A DNA stretch of 62,305 nucleotides from Octopus sinensis (lineage: Eukaryota). The stretch is from positions 1 through 62,305 of the forward strand of contig NW_021832131.1 of the NCBI RefSeq assembly GCF_006345805.1, written 5' to 3'. The position numbers and the translations under genes were made by a program. Within the stretch, counting starts at the first letter, position 1; every line of letters begins with the position of its first letter. Shown one piece after another: positions 26,067-37,126 of this stretch. The notes beneath the pieces were generated by a model. The model was not told the origin of the DNA, searched no databases, and saw only the letters and a program-made list of their open reading frames with translations.

Positions 26067-28496
26067 TATAAATATATATATATACACATATATATACATA
26101 CACATATATATACACACACACATATATATATGCCTACATAAGATAATAGAGTATGACAGAGTTAATTTTTCTTGCTGAATGATTCAAAATTAATTTGTTT
26201 CTTTTTGTTTCTGCTCTTCCAGGGACCATTCGGAAATATTAACCTATGATGTGTCCAATTTACCGGACTGGGAAATTGTGAGCATTATCTCCTTAATTTT
26301 CTTTTATGCTTTTATTCTTTTGTTTGTTTCGGTCGTTTGACTGTGGCCACTAACCAACCACATGGTTCCGGGTTCAGTCCCACTGCATGTCACCTTGAGC
26401 TGACCAAAGTCTTAATTAATTCATTAATAATAGAAAGAATTTGTTTTTAATAAGGCGCAGGAGTGGCTGTGTGGTAAGTAGCTTATTTACCAACCACATG
26501 GTTCCGGGTTCAGTCCCACTGCGTGGCACCTTGGGCAAGTGTTTTCTACTATAGCCTCGGGCCGACCAAAGCCTTGTGAGTGGATTTGGTAGACGGAAAC
26601 TGAAAGAAGCCCGTCGTATCATCATCATCATCATTTAGCGTCCGTTTTCCATGCTAGCATGGGTTGGACGGTTCAACTGGGGTCCGTGAAGCCAGAAGGC
26701 TGCATCAGGCCCAGTCTGATCTGGCAGTGTTTCTATGGCTGGATGCCCTTCCTAACGCCAACCACTCCGCGAGTGTAGTGGGTGCTTTTTACGTGCCACC
26801 CGCACAGGTGCCAGACGGAGCTAGCAAACGGCCACAAACGGATGGTGCTTTTACGTGTCTGTGTTTGTCCCCCTAGCATTGCTTGACAACCGATGCTGGT
26901 GTGTTTATGTGCCCGTTACTTGGCGGTTCGGCAAAAGAGGCCGATAGAATAAGTACTGGGCTTACAAAAGAATAAGTCCCAGGGTCGAGTTGCTCGACTA
27001 AAGGCGGTGCTCCAGCATGGCCGCAGTCAAATGACTGAAACAAGCAAAACAAAACAAATATATTATTATTTTCCTCATTCCATGCTTTTGGTTGAGTTGG
27101 TTGATATTTCTGTGGAAATCTCTGTTTATTCCAGATTGTTGAAGAATTAGAAGAACTGAATTTACACAAAGATGAGGAGAATCCAGAAAAGTTCAAAGTT
27201 TGGCGCCAGAAACATGAAGATGATTTCAACAACTATCGCATGGTGTATGTACACATTTTGTTGATGTTCTGCTTCTTGGGGGGGGGGGGAGAACTTTCGG
27301 GCCGGGGCCAATGGATAATTTCCAAAGGTCCCTCGCTTGGCAGTGCTACCGAGGGGCTCTGCCAGTTCGGGACAAACTCTACCGGCACAAAAGTGCCGTC
27401 AGACGGGCCTGCCCGAGGTGCATCCAGGACAACCAAACCGTTCTGCACGCACTCGTCCAGTGCCCGAGTATTGCTGAACTATGGGTTTATATCGAACAGC
27501 TACTGTCACGTATAGGACGGATCCAGCTATAAGCTGAATCCAGAGTGAGGATTGCCCCGCCGACCTCCTTTAACCAGGAGGGCAAAGCAGTTTTCCTTTG
27601 CCTAGTGGCTGTAGCGAAAGAGGTGATATGGTGGACCCGTTTGAAAGGGCTAAGGTCAGACACTTTCCTCTTTGGCCAAGGCCTCATCAACTTTTTCAAG
27701 TTTCACTTGAAAAGGAAGATGAGAGTAGAGAGGGAAGTGATGTCTGATAGCAAGTTTATTGAAAGGTGGGTGAATGTCGCAAGAATGGCCAGTATGAACG
27801 GACCAATTCTGAGGATACACCTGTGAAAATTAAAAGGGGAAATATAAAAGGAGAAAGGGGCTCTCTATGCCCCCTTTTGACCAGGCTCCCGTGGCTTTTA
27901 TGGGTTTTCCAAGAGTAACCTTTCGAAGCGCCTCCCCCTATTGGGAGTTTTCATTGTTACTTATTTTTCGTTGTTATCCTACTTTTGTACACGGACCTTT
28001 TTTCAAACGGACTAAACCCTTTGTAACTTTCGTCCTGTGTTTTGTCCCTTTATGTTTTAATTGATTTTTGTTAGCCCTTGTGGCCAATAAACGAATTAAT
28101 TATTATTATAATTATTAAATGCTTAGCCGTATTTTGCACATCACTACATTCTGAGTTCCAAATTCCACCGAGGTCGACTTTGCTTTTCATCCTTTCAAGG
28201 TCAATAAATTAAGTACCAGTGAAATCCCCTCTTCATAAATTTGAGGCCTTGGGCCTCCAGTAGAAAGGATTCGAGTTGGTGGAAACGTTAGCACGCTGGG
28301 CGAAATGTGTAGCCGTATTTCATCTGCCGCAAGGTTCTGAGTTCAAATTCCGCCGAGGTCAACTTTGCCTTTCATCCTTTCAGGATCGATAAATTAAGTA
28401 CCAGTTATGTACTGGGGTCGATATAATCGACTTAATCCGTTTGTCTATCATTATTTGTCCCCTTTGTGTTTAGCCCCTTGTGGGTAGTAAAAAATA

Positions 28497-28537
<41 letters not shown>

Positions 28538-30339
28538 TGTTGTTGTTGTTGTTATTGAGTGAGATACTAATGCATGCCATCAAAGTGACTCTGGGGTACA
28601 AATATTCGAAGCCCAGTATACCCCAGAGCTGACCTGGGGCTTAATTATAATGACATGGCCATGATTATTGAGAATATATTGTTTGTATTTTTTGTTTCAG
28701 TGTCTCAATGAAGGACACCCTGTGGCCCTTGTTTGTGCTTGAACCCCCACTGAAGGCCCCAGAGCTGATGATTCACGGAGAAGATTTTATTGATTACGAG
28801 AGAGTCATCAATGGAGTTAGTTATCTCCCTTCTTTTGTCCTCTTTCGTCATCACCATCATCATCACCATCATCACCATCATCATCACCATCATCACCATC
28901 ATTATCATCATCATCATCATTATCATCATCATCATTATCATCATCATCATCATTATCATCATCACCATCATCATTATCATCATCATCATCATTATCATCA
29001 TCACCATCATCATCATCATCACCATCATCATTATCATCATCATCATCATTATCATCATCATCATTATCATCATCATTATCATCATCATCATCATTGTTTA
29101 ACATCAGCTTTCCATTCTGGTTTGGGTTTGACGGTCTGACTGTAGGCTGGTAAGCCAGGAGGCTGCACCAGGCTCCAATCTGATCTGGCAGAGTTTCTAC
29201 AGCTGGATGCCCTTCCTAACGCCAACCACTACGAGAGTGTAGTGGGTGCTTTTTACGTGCCACCAGGACGAGGGCCAGTCCAGCGGCACTGGCAACGACC
29301 TTGCTTGAGTATTTTTTCCGCATGTCACTGGCACAAGTGCCAGTAAAGTGACGCTGGTAACAATCACACTCAAATGGTCCTTTTTACGTGCCACCGGCAC
29401 AGAAGCTAGTCAGCTGCTCTGGCAACGATCACGCTCAGATGGTGCTCTTAGCGCTCCACTAGCACAGATGCCAGTCATCGAATTTGATTTCGATTCCGAT
29501 TTCACGTGCCTCAGCAGGTCTTTGCTAGCAGAGTTTAGTGTCCAATGAAGGAAACGCACACATAAGTGGGTTGGTTACACCCCTGGCATAGGCCCCGAGG
29601 TTATGGTCTCACCTGGCTTGCCGGGTTTTCTCAAGCAGAGCATATTTCTACAAATCACAGTCACTAGACATTGCCTCGGTGAGGCCTTATGTTCGAAGGT
29701 CGTGCCTCACCACCTCATCCCAGGTCTTCTTTGGTCTACCTCTTCCACAGGTTCCCTCAACCACTAGGGTGTGGCACTTTTTCACACAGCTATCCTCATC
29801 CATTCTTACAACATGACCATACCAGCACAGTCGGCTCTCTTGCACACCACATCTGATGCTTCTTAGGTCCAACTTTTCTCTCTAGGTACTTACACTCTGT
29901 CGAGTACTTACATAGTTATATATATATATATATAAACACACACACACACACACACGTACACACACACATATATATATATATATGGAATCGGCGGCTTATA
30001 TTTGCTGCCGATAAATTTGGCGCGAGTGCGATGATTTGAAAATTTTAGGTCAGATATTGCCGAGACAGTGATAGAAGTGCCTCGTGTAAATATCTGCTCC
30101 GATCTGGCTGTTCTTTACTGACGAATCTATCGGCCTATGGAAGACTAGCTTGATTTAATTTAATCAGGTTAGTTTACCATTAAACAATAGATGAAACGGT
30201 GCATCGTATAAGGAACTACAGGGTAAATGTTTTTTAATTTTCTCCTGGTTTGCGGAATTAATGTTGTTTTGCGGTTGAAGCTTTGGCTGTTATTTCTAGT
30301 GGGTGAATAGCCTATTATGGCCGTTCCTTGATTTTGCTG

Positions 30340-30377
<38 letters not shown>

Positions 30378-30935
30378 CATCATCATCATCATCATCGTTT
30401 AGCGTCCGCTTTCCATGCTAGCATGGGTGTGACGGTTCAACTGGGGTTTGGGAAGAAAGAAGGCTGCACCAGGCCCAGTCTGATCTGGCAATGTTTCTAG
30501 GAGGGCATCCAGCCGTAGAAACATTGCCAGATCAGACTGGGCCTGGTGCAGCCTTCTGGCTTCCCAGACCCCAGTTGAACCGTCCAACCCATGGAATTTT
30601 GTTAATATATTTATATATTTGTTTATATAAATTTTTATACACACACACACACACACATATATATACATATATTTATTTATATATATATTTATATATATAT
30701 ATATATATTATAAAAATTAAATTTTTAACGTGCCATCGGCTCAGAGGCCAGCTTGTTGCTCTGGTAACGATCTCACTCGTGTGGTACACTTAGCACTCCA
30801 CTAGCACATCTTTATAAAACATTTTTTTTTTCTAATTTCTAATTTTTACTTTTCTTAAATTTTTTTCAGAGCCCTGCAGCTTATTATGAAAAAGGTTTCA
30901 ATCCCGAAGAAAAGAATGTCATGTTCAAACTTTAA
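14656..30935 (+). CDS. NDUFA10: NADH dehydrogenase (ubiquinone) 1 alpha subcomplex subunit 10, mitochondrial; full 9-exon gene, 398 aa
   Basis: Nine exons join in phase with no stops (252+298+87+125+89+55+110+115+66=1197 nt). N-terminal basic/hydroxylated presequence, KPWPYKE motif, P-loop [35 protein letters not shown] and C-terminal KGFNP..NVMFKL are typical of NDUFA10 (dNK fold). Confidence 0.96.
15255..15289 (+). ncRNA. Minimal type I hammerhead-like motif (also 24417-24451 +, 36102-36136 -, 43273-43307 -, related 48150-48187 +)
   Basis: gttt-CCGACGA-a-gagc/tcc/gctc-GAAAC-GTT-aaac; helix III reduced to the palindrome AACGTT. Confidence 0.6.
15553..15742. mobile_element. Tc1/mariner-type MITE
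   Basis: TIRs cagggtgtcccagaagtcg / cgacttctgggacaccct(a) embedded in a TA-repeat context. Confidence 0.8.
16030..16545 (+). mobile_element. SINE family E fragments, three diverged tandem head-plus-core units; related at 13672-13810, 37795-37925, 44375-44460
   Basis: tagtggttag A-box, then gtgttcttgagcaagacactt...ccagttcactcagctgtaa core. Confidence 0.65.
16623..17545 (+). mobile_element. SINE family A multimer (full head plus about 4 repeated 3' units), NDUFA10 intron 1
   Basis: ggcgagctggcagaatcgttagc head followed by repeated units. Other arrays: 22720-23303 (-), 33400-33832 (-), 35127-35525, 44608-45270, 49016-49885; monomers at 4941-5158 (-), 28260-28500, 54414-54642. Confidence 0.88.
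17661..18167 (+). repeat. 170-bp tandem triplication ending at the exon 2 splice acceptor
   Basis: Units start at 17661, 17831, 18001; the 5' part of each unit is SINE-A-derived. Confidence 0.9.
18168..18465 (+). CDS. NDUFA10: NDUFA10 exon 2 ([15 protein letters not shown]...ALEHLLNT G)
   Basis: Acceptor tttttactttcag|gtc; P-loop; ends acag|gcaagt (GC donor, phase 1). Confidence 0.95.
18472..18969 (+). pseudogene. Ghost copy of NDUFA10 intron-4 acceptor plus exon 5 inside intron 2, split by a SINE
   Basis: 18472-18492 is identical to 23988-24008 (21 nt); 18891-18969 matches 24012-24090 at 76/79; a family-B SINE (18494-18890) separates the two pieces. Confidence 0.9.
19177..19263 (+). CDS. 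NDUFA10: NDUFA10 exon 3 ([29 protein letters not shown])
   Basis: Acceptor ctgtcccctcag|gt; dNK ERS motif; donor caag|gtaaga, phase 1. Confidence 0.95.
19290..19910. repeat. (CT)n/(CTCA) polypyrimidine tract directly after NDUFA10 exon 3
   Basis: Direct reading. Confidence 0.95.
20165..20600 (+). repeat. About 60-bp GC-rich minisatellite within an RTE 3' UTR
   Basis: About 7 copies of ggtggcacgtaaaaagcaccatccgatcgtggccgttgccagcctcgcctggccccc. Confidence 0.85.
21716..21840 (+). CDS. NDUFA10: NDUFA10 exon 4 ([42 protein letters not shown])
   Basis: Not in the ORF track. Found by reading tttttcag|cc...ata|gtaagt; phases 1 to 0 fit both neighbours. Confidence 0.93.
24012..24100 (+). CDS. NDUFA10: NDUFA10 exon 5 ([30 protein letters not shown])
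   Basis: ctctgtgacag|cct ... atgaa|gtaagt; phase 0 to 2. Confidence 0.93.
24566..24984. repeat. Fold-back inverted repeat (arms 24566-24708 / 24839-24984) in NDUFA10 intron 5
   Basis: About 143-bp near-perfect reverse-complement arms with an about 130-bp spacer. Confidence 0.9.
25544..25607 (-). ncRNA. Decayed type I hammerhead motif
   Basis: RC: cac-CTGATGA-atgactgc...gcaggcat-GAAAC-gatc-ATA-gtg. ATA is consistent with CpG decay of GTA; the related copy at 54834-54902 retains GAAACGATCGTA. Confidence 0.6.
26223..26277 (+). CDS. NDUFA10: NDUFA10 exon 6 ([18 protein letters not shown])
   Basis: ctcttccag|g ... att|gtgagc; phase 2 to 0. Confidence 0.9.
27135..27244 (+). CDS. NDUFA10: NDUFA10 exon 7 ([37 protein letters not shown])
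   Basis: ttattccag|att ... atggt|gtatgt; phase 0 to 2. Confidence 0.9.
27291..28091 (+). mobile_element. Tx1/L1-clade LINE 3' fragment (zf-RVT C-terminus plus 3' UTR) in NDUFA10 intron 7
   Basis: [31 protein letters not shown] (CCHC-type RT-associated zinc finger); ends in AATAAA plus AT-rich tail. Confidence 0.75.
28701..28815 (+). CDS. NDUFA10: NDUFA10 exon 8 ([38 protein letters not shown])
   Basis: tttgtttcag|t ... gga|gttagt; phase 2 to 0; APEL motif. Confidence 0.9.
28847..29093. repeat. (CAT)n tract equal to the expanded 3' tail of the adjacent RTE element
   Basis: Abuts the RTE 3' terminus; other copies end in (GAT)n. Confidence 0.85.
29092..29900 (-). mobile_element. RTE-clade LINE 3' end (RT C-terminus plus 3' UTR)
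   Basis: [25 protein letters not shown]. The UTR ends in the same sequence as the dispersed fragments at 20165-20945, 25138-25318, 26618-26850, 30380-30595 and 34850-35032; (GAT)n tail. Confidence 0.85.
30870..30935 (+). CDS. NDUFA10: NDUFA10 exon 9, terminal ([21 protein letters not shown])
   Basis: ttttttcag|agc; ends at TAA 30933-30935; resembles the Y.xGYNP...FK C-terminus of invertebrate NDUFA10. Confidence 0.9.
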   Translation, partial: SPAAYYEKGFNPEEKNVMFKL

Positions 30936-31013
30936 TTTCTGTTTTTTTTTTTGTTTCCTTCAAGATGATGACTTCTACACTTTTTATAGTTGATGTCTCT
31001 TTAGGTTTAAAAC

Positions 31014-31019
31014 AATAAA
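31014..31019 (+). terminator. Candidate AATAAA polyadenylation signal of NDUFA10
   Basis: First AATAAA about 80 nt after the stop codon, followed by a T/GT-rich stretch. Confidence 0.5.
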
Positions 31020-31259
31020 AATTTAATTAAACACTTGTGTGATGGAATTTTTAATTCATTAATATATAATTTTTAATTTATTAATATATAGGCGCAGGAG
31101 TGGCTGTGTGGTAAATAGTTTGCTAACCAACCACATGGTTCTGGGCTCAGTCCCACTGCATGGTACCTTGGGCAAGTGTCTTCTGCTATAGCCCCGGGCC
31201 GACCAATGCCTTGTGAGTGGATTTGGTTGACGGAAACTGGGTTCCGTCTCACTCAATAT

Positions 31260-31656
31260 ATATACAGGTGCTTCCCGGGAATGATGGGCGGGGGGTGGGA
31301 GCTGAGGGGTCTGGTTGCTGCCTGACTCGGATACCAGGAAACCCCAAAATGGCAGAAATTCAAAAGATAGTGCTCATGGGAACTGCTCATATCCTACGCA
31401 AAATACTTTCTTTGTAATCTCAAGTTTTAAAACAAACATAATTTTTGTATGGTTTTTTTAGACATTCACTAGTACAACACTAAGTACAAAACCAAATATG
31501 TGGCACCCTAGGCATAACACCAACATGAACTTCCAACTTGTTGTCTCTTGAGGTCTCTGGGTGAGACTTGGAGCCAACTTGTACAAATATAAAGCAAAAC
31601 TCAAACATAGAATAATAATATAATAATAATAATAATAATAATAATGATAATAATAA
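31260..31656 (+). mobile_element. R4/Dong-clade LINE 3' end with (TAA)n tail
   Basis: IQKIVLMGTAHILRKIL, the typical C-terminus after the restriction-like endonuclease, followed by a 3' UTR and (aat)n. Confidence 0.7.
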
Positions 31657-31867
31657 TCTTTTCTCCTAAAGGCACAAGGCCTGGCATTTTGGTGGAGGGG
31701 ACTCGTGAATAACATTGACCCTTGTTTCACAAGTGCTTATTTCATCGACCCTGAAAGGATGAAAGGCAAAGATGACCTTGGCAGAATTTGAACTCAGAAT
31801 GCGGCAAGAGGTGAAATACTGCTAAGCATTTCGCTTGGAATGCTAACAATTCTGTCAGCTTGTCGTC

Positions 31868-31903
<36 letters not shown>

Positions 31904-32997
31904 CAGTATATCTTGGTATAAAAGATGGGCCACAGCAAATATTCTGCTTAATGCTGTGATGCAGTACCAGACAGTTGGTTTTTTGTTTGTCCCTTCTCGA
32001 GCCATGCCTGGCTCATAAGGGTCGGTTTCCCGGTTTCTTGGCATATAGGTTCCCCACCTGGACAGGACGCAGGTGAGCTGCAAGATGCAGCTGTATCAAC
32101 GGTCACAGCGAACTACTTACTAATCCGATTTGCCAGTCACTCACAATTCTATATTTTATAATAATGGACCAGTCCAATTTTAGTCACGTGGAGGTAGTCG
32201 GATTCCTTCTACAACATACCCCGTTTTTAGAATCAGTCTCCACTACCTTCTCCCCTTTTGAAAATTGAATTCTCCGAGTTTTAATATCTCTGACTCTAAG
32301 GGTTCAATTCTAATGTCTCCTCCATTTTCCCTTTTCTGGTGCTAGATCGTGTAGTCTCAAATTGTTTGGGTGTTGGTACCTCAAACATGTCGTAGAAGGC
32401 TTCCATGGGGATTTCAATTTCGTGACTGTTTTTTCCATGCATCTTTTTTTAAGTCAGTTAATGTCTTTGATGTTTGACATTTTTTCCTTTTACCAGGAAT
32501 AAAATTCTTCCAATTGGTTTAATGTTTACTCCGTCCTCCCAGCTTTCTTTACAATATCTATAAGTTATAAAACAAAAACTTTACGACCGAACGTGAAGTA
32601 TTTATGTTCTCTTTCTCTCTTTTCTCTTTTACTTGTTTCAGTCATTTGACTGCGGCCATGCTGGAGCACCGCCTTTAGTCGAGCAACTTGACCTCGGGAC
32701 CTATTCTTTGTAAGCCTAGTACTTATTCTATCGGTCCCTTTTGCCGAACCGCTAAACACACCAGCATCGGTTGTCAAGCGATGTTGAATGGGACAAACAC
32801 GGACACACAAACACACACACATACATATATACGACGGGCTTCTTTCAGTTTCCATCTACCATATCCACTCACAAGGCTTTGGTCGGCCCAAGGCTATAGT
32901 AGAAGGCACTTGCCCAAGGTACCACGTGGTTGGTAAACTAGCGACTTACCACACAGCCATTTCTGCGCCTTTTGTTGTTCACTTTTTTTTAAATTTT

Positions 32998-34190
32998 CAC
33001 TAGGTATCAGCTCATCAAAGACGGATCTGATTTCTTTAGCAAACATCAGTTTTGCGGGTGCCATTCCCGACGGTATGTTCGGATTAAGTGTTACTCGGTA
33101 CAGTCTAAGAAATTGGTGAAATGCAATATCGTCCATAACTTCATTGTTCACCTTTTCCCATGTCCTCTTGAAAGTGTCAACAAATCGTTCCGCTTGATCA
33201 TTTGACTTAGGATGATAAGGCGGAGAAGTGACATGTTCGATGAACTAGTCTGATGTAATTTGAGTTCCATTATTAGTCACATTGGTATCCGAAATACCAC
33301 ACCTGACGAACACTTCGTGTAAAAACTTATCGTAACCGCTGAAGTCGCCTTTTTACATTTATGCACATCCGTCCACTTTGAATAACCGTCCCCCACAACA
33401 ATTTGAATTCAGAACGTAGCGGCAGACGAAATACCCGTTTCTTTATTAACCCCAAGGGGCTACACACAGAGAGGACAAACAAGGACAGACAAACGGATTA
33501 AGTCGATTATATCGACCCCAGTGTGTAACTGGTACTTATTTAATCGACCCCGAAAGGATGAAAGGCAAAGTCGACCTCGGCGGAATTTGAACTCAGAGCG
33601 TAGCGGCAGATGAAATACCTATTTCTTTACTACCCACAAGGGGCTAAACACAGAGGGGACAAACAAGGACAGAGAAAGGGATTAAGTCGATTATATCGAC
33701 CCCAGTGTGTAACTGGTACTTATTTAATCGACCCCGAAAGGATGAAAGGCAAAGTCGACCTCGGCGGAATTTGAATTCAGAACGTAGCAACAGACGAAAT
33801 ACCGCTATGCATTTCGCCCGGCGTGCTAACGTAGATTCAGTGTTCATATTTTTTTCTTACCCGACGCCAGTTGACACACTTGAATCTGAGAGCAATCTTT
33901 CTTTTCAATTTTATTTGCGTCACGTCATAAATTAATAATCCTCTGACATTCTTCTAGAACTGCCGGCAGGATTAAATTTGATCCTGATCAAGTTTTGCTA
34001 ATATTTAGGATGGTATATCTCCATCATTCTTTGCAGTAAGCTCTTGAACAAAAATGAAAGACTTGAACATATCCGGAGTGAGTTCATTCAATTTCAATTT
34101 CCCACACTCTCTGTTAACCACTCCAAATAGGTGACGAAATCTTCGTCGTCTTTTTTGACCAAATTTAAACATTGCCAGTGAGTATTGAAC
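32998..34190 (-). mobile_element. Gypsy-type LTR retrotransposon remnant (gag-like about 33880-34190; integrase about 32998-33395) interrupted by a SINE-A array
   Basis: DMFKSFIFVQEL..DGDI (gag-like); TSPPYHPKSNDQAERFVDTFKR..FLRLYRVT..APAKLMF (rve integrase). Confidence 0.75.
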
Positions 34191-34332
34191 AGGGAACTTC
34201 TTCCACCGAAAATCTTTATATATATAAAACTCAACTTGTGTGTCTGTGTGTGTATCTGTGCGTGTGTCTGTGTGTTTAACTTTTGGATCTACCAAGTTTC
34301 ATTATCAAGGATGGAAAATTGTGTGTCGCAAA

Positions 34333-34674
34333 TCTATATATATAAAGCTGAAGTTGTCTGTGGCAGGTTTGGTATCCTTCAACTAACACTATCTCCTTCA
34401 AGACCCTGCAGCGCAAGTTGATAGAAGATAAAATTCAAATTGGACCATGTTAACACCAAAAATTATTTACATCAAAAAGGTGCTTTTTTTCTATGAAAAT
34501 CCCATAATTTTTACGATTTTTGACTGCTGTGTCACCATTTTTCGGTGTATTCCAACTGGAAAAATGTTCACTTGAAGAGAATAACAAGTTGCATATTGCA
34601 AAATTTTTACTTTTCAAAAATTTCAATTCTAAAGGGTCGAAACAAACCCAAGCAACACCGGGTGATACTGCTGG
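34333..34674 (+). mobile_element. Non-autonomous Helitron
   Basis: a|TCTATATATATAAA...cccaagcaacaccggg-tgatactg-CTGG|t. A further Helitron-like 5' end lies at about 34213. Confidence 0.75.
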
Positions 34675-35029
34675 TTTTTAATGAAATAGTAATTGTTTCT
34701 TCGAAATTAATCTTACCTGGCTTCTTCGATAGAATATAATTACTATATTTTAAGGCGGCGAGCTGGCAGAACTGTTAGCACGCCGGGCGAAATGCGTAGC
34801 CGTATTTCGTCTGCTGTTACGTTCTGAGTTCAAATTCCGCCGAGGTCGCCGGTGGCGCATAAAAGTACCCACTACACTCTCGGAGTGGTTGGCGTTAGGA
34901 AGGGCATCCAGCTGTAGAAACTCTGCCAGATCAGATTGGAGCCTGGTGCGGCCATCAGGTTCGCCAGACCTCATTCAAATCGTCCAACCCATGCTAGCAT
35001 GGAAAGCAGACGTTAAACGATGATGAGGA

Positions 35030-35067
<38 letters not shown>

Positions 35068-35590
35068 TGAACATAAAATATCTGTGCATCTTCCCTTTTT
35101 TTTCACTACAATTTACGAATTGGGAAAGGCGGCGAGCTGGCAGAAACGTTAGCACGCCGGACGAAATGCGTAGCCATATTTCGTTTGCCGTTACGTTCTG
35201 AGTTCAAATTCCACCGAGGTCGTCTTTGCCTTTCATCCTTTCGGGGTCGATAAATTAAGTACCAGTTACGCACTGGGGTCGATGTAATCGACTTAATCCA
35301 TTTGTCTGCTCTTGTTTGTCCTCTCTGTGTTTAGCTCCTTGTGGGTAGTAATGAAATAGGTATTTCGTCTGCTGTTACGTTCTGAGTTCAAAATTCCGCC
35401 GAGGTCAACTTCGCCTTTCATCATCTCGGGGTCAGTTAAATATGTACCAGTTACGCACTGGGATCGATCTAATTGACTGGCCTCCTCCCCCAAAATTTCA
35501 GGCTTTGCGCCTAGATTAGAAAAGAATTTACGACTTGGGAAAAACCTTTTCATCGTACCTCTTCACTATAAATATATTTATATATATATA

Positions 35591-35985
35591 CTAGCAGTAT
35601 CGCCCGGCGTTGCTCGGGTTCGTAAGGGAAATAACTATATAAGCATTTTTAGAGATGTAAAGTATAATTGCCATCTAAATATGGCTAACCACTAAGGGGG
35701 GGGGGTTACTGTAGCTTTTTACGTTCTGAGATTTAATAATAAATTTTTAGAGAGTTACTTCCCTTATATATGCCAAAAATGCATTAAAATGGGAAAAATT
35801 GATGGTTAATTTTTTTTAAATCGTAGACTCATCGTAGACGCGCGCTAATACCCAGAAGGGCTCGATATGAATCCCGACTATAAGATACCCGGTTTTGGTT
35901 AAACTGCACCGCAAAATGTGGGAGTAGTTAGGAATCTAAATCGTAGGAGACAGACAGCACACAACCTCACTTTTATATATAAAGA
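35591..35985 (-). mobile_element. Non-autonomous Helitron
   Basis: Same 3' hairpin plus CTAG as 8929-9303; 5' a|TCTTTATATATAAAA. Confidence 0.8.
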
Positions 35986-36716
35986 TATATATATATATAC
36001 AGTTAATCGAAACAAGAAAGCACAAAAAAACACAACAACGCGAGGACGTGGAACAAATATAGTATTATTGGACGCTCAGGAAAAAGAAGGAAAGAAGGAG
36101 GGTTTAACGTTTCGAGCGGAGCTCTTCGTCGGAAACATAGGAGAAGGAAAGATCCAGAGAAGAGAAGACAGAGGAAAAAAATCGCCAACGGTACACACGA
36201 GGTGGCATATATACATACGTATATGTACATACATCTATATGCATATATATCTGTATAGATGTAAGTATGTACATATACGTATGTATATTTGCACATATAT
36301 ATATATAGGCGCAGGAGTGGCTGTGTGGTAAGTAGCTTGTTTACCAACCACATGGTTCCGGGTTCAGTCCCACTGCGTGGCACCTTGGGCAAGTGTCTTC
36401 TGCTATAGCCTCGGGCCGACCAAAGCCTTGTGAGTGAATTTGGTAAAGGGAAACTGAAAGAAGCCCGTCGTATATATGTATATATATATATATGCGTGTG
36501 TGTGTTTGTGTGTCTGTATTTGTCCCCCTAGCATTGCTTGACAACCGATGCTGGTGTGTTTATGTCCCCGTTACTTAGCGGTTCGGCAAAAAGAGACCGA
36601 TAAAATAAGTACTGGGCTTACAAAATAATAAGTCCCGGTGTCGAGTTGCTGGATTAAAGGCGGTGCTCCAGCATGGCCGCAGTCAAATGACTGAAACAAG
36701 TAAAAGAGTAAAAGAG

Positions 36717-36767
<51 letters not shown>

Positions 36768-36804
36768 CAAGCAATAATAATCTCTGAACGAGGTATATAT
36801 ATAT

Positions 36805-36836
<32 letters not shown>

Positions 36837-36842
36837 TTATTA

Positions 36843-36890
<48 letters not shown>

Positions 36891-36894
36891 TACA

Positions 36895-36950
<56 letters not shown>

Positions 36951-36980
36951 TACATACATATATATATATAAATATGTATC

Positions 36981-37011
<31 letters not shown>

Positions 37012-37092
37012 TATATATATATTATTATTTATATTGTATGATGGAACGTCACGCATCCTCGTCCAAGTAAGTCTCTCTCTCTATCTGTCTAA

Positions 37093-37126
<34 letters not shown>

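Noticed and set aside
28708-29139. His-rich C-terminal extension of NDUFA10
   Set aside because: Read-through of the exon 8 donor into the (CAT)n RTE tail; the true terminal exon is at 30870.
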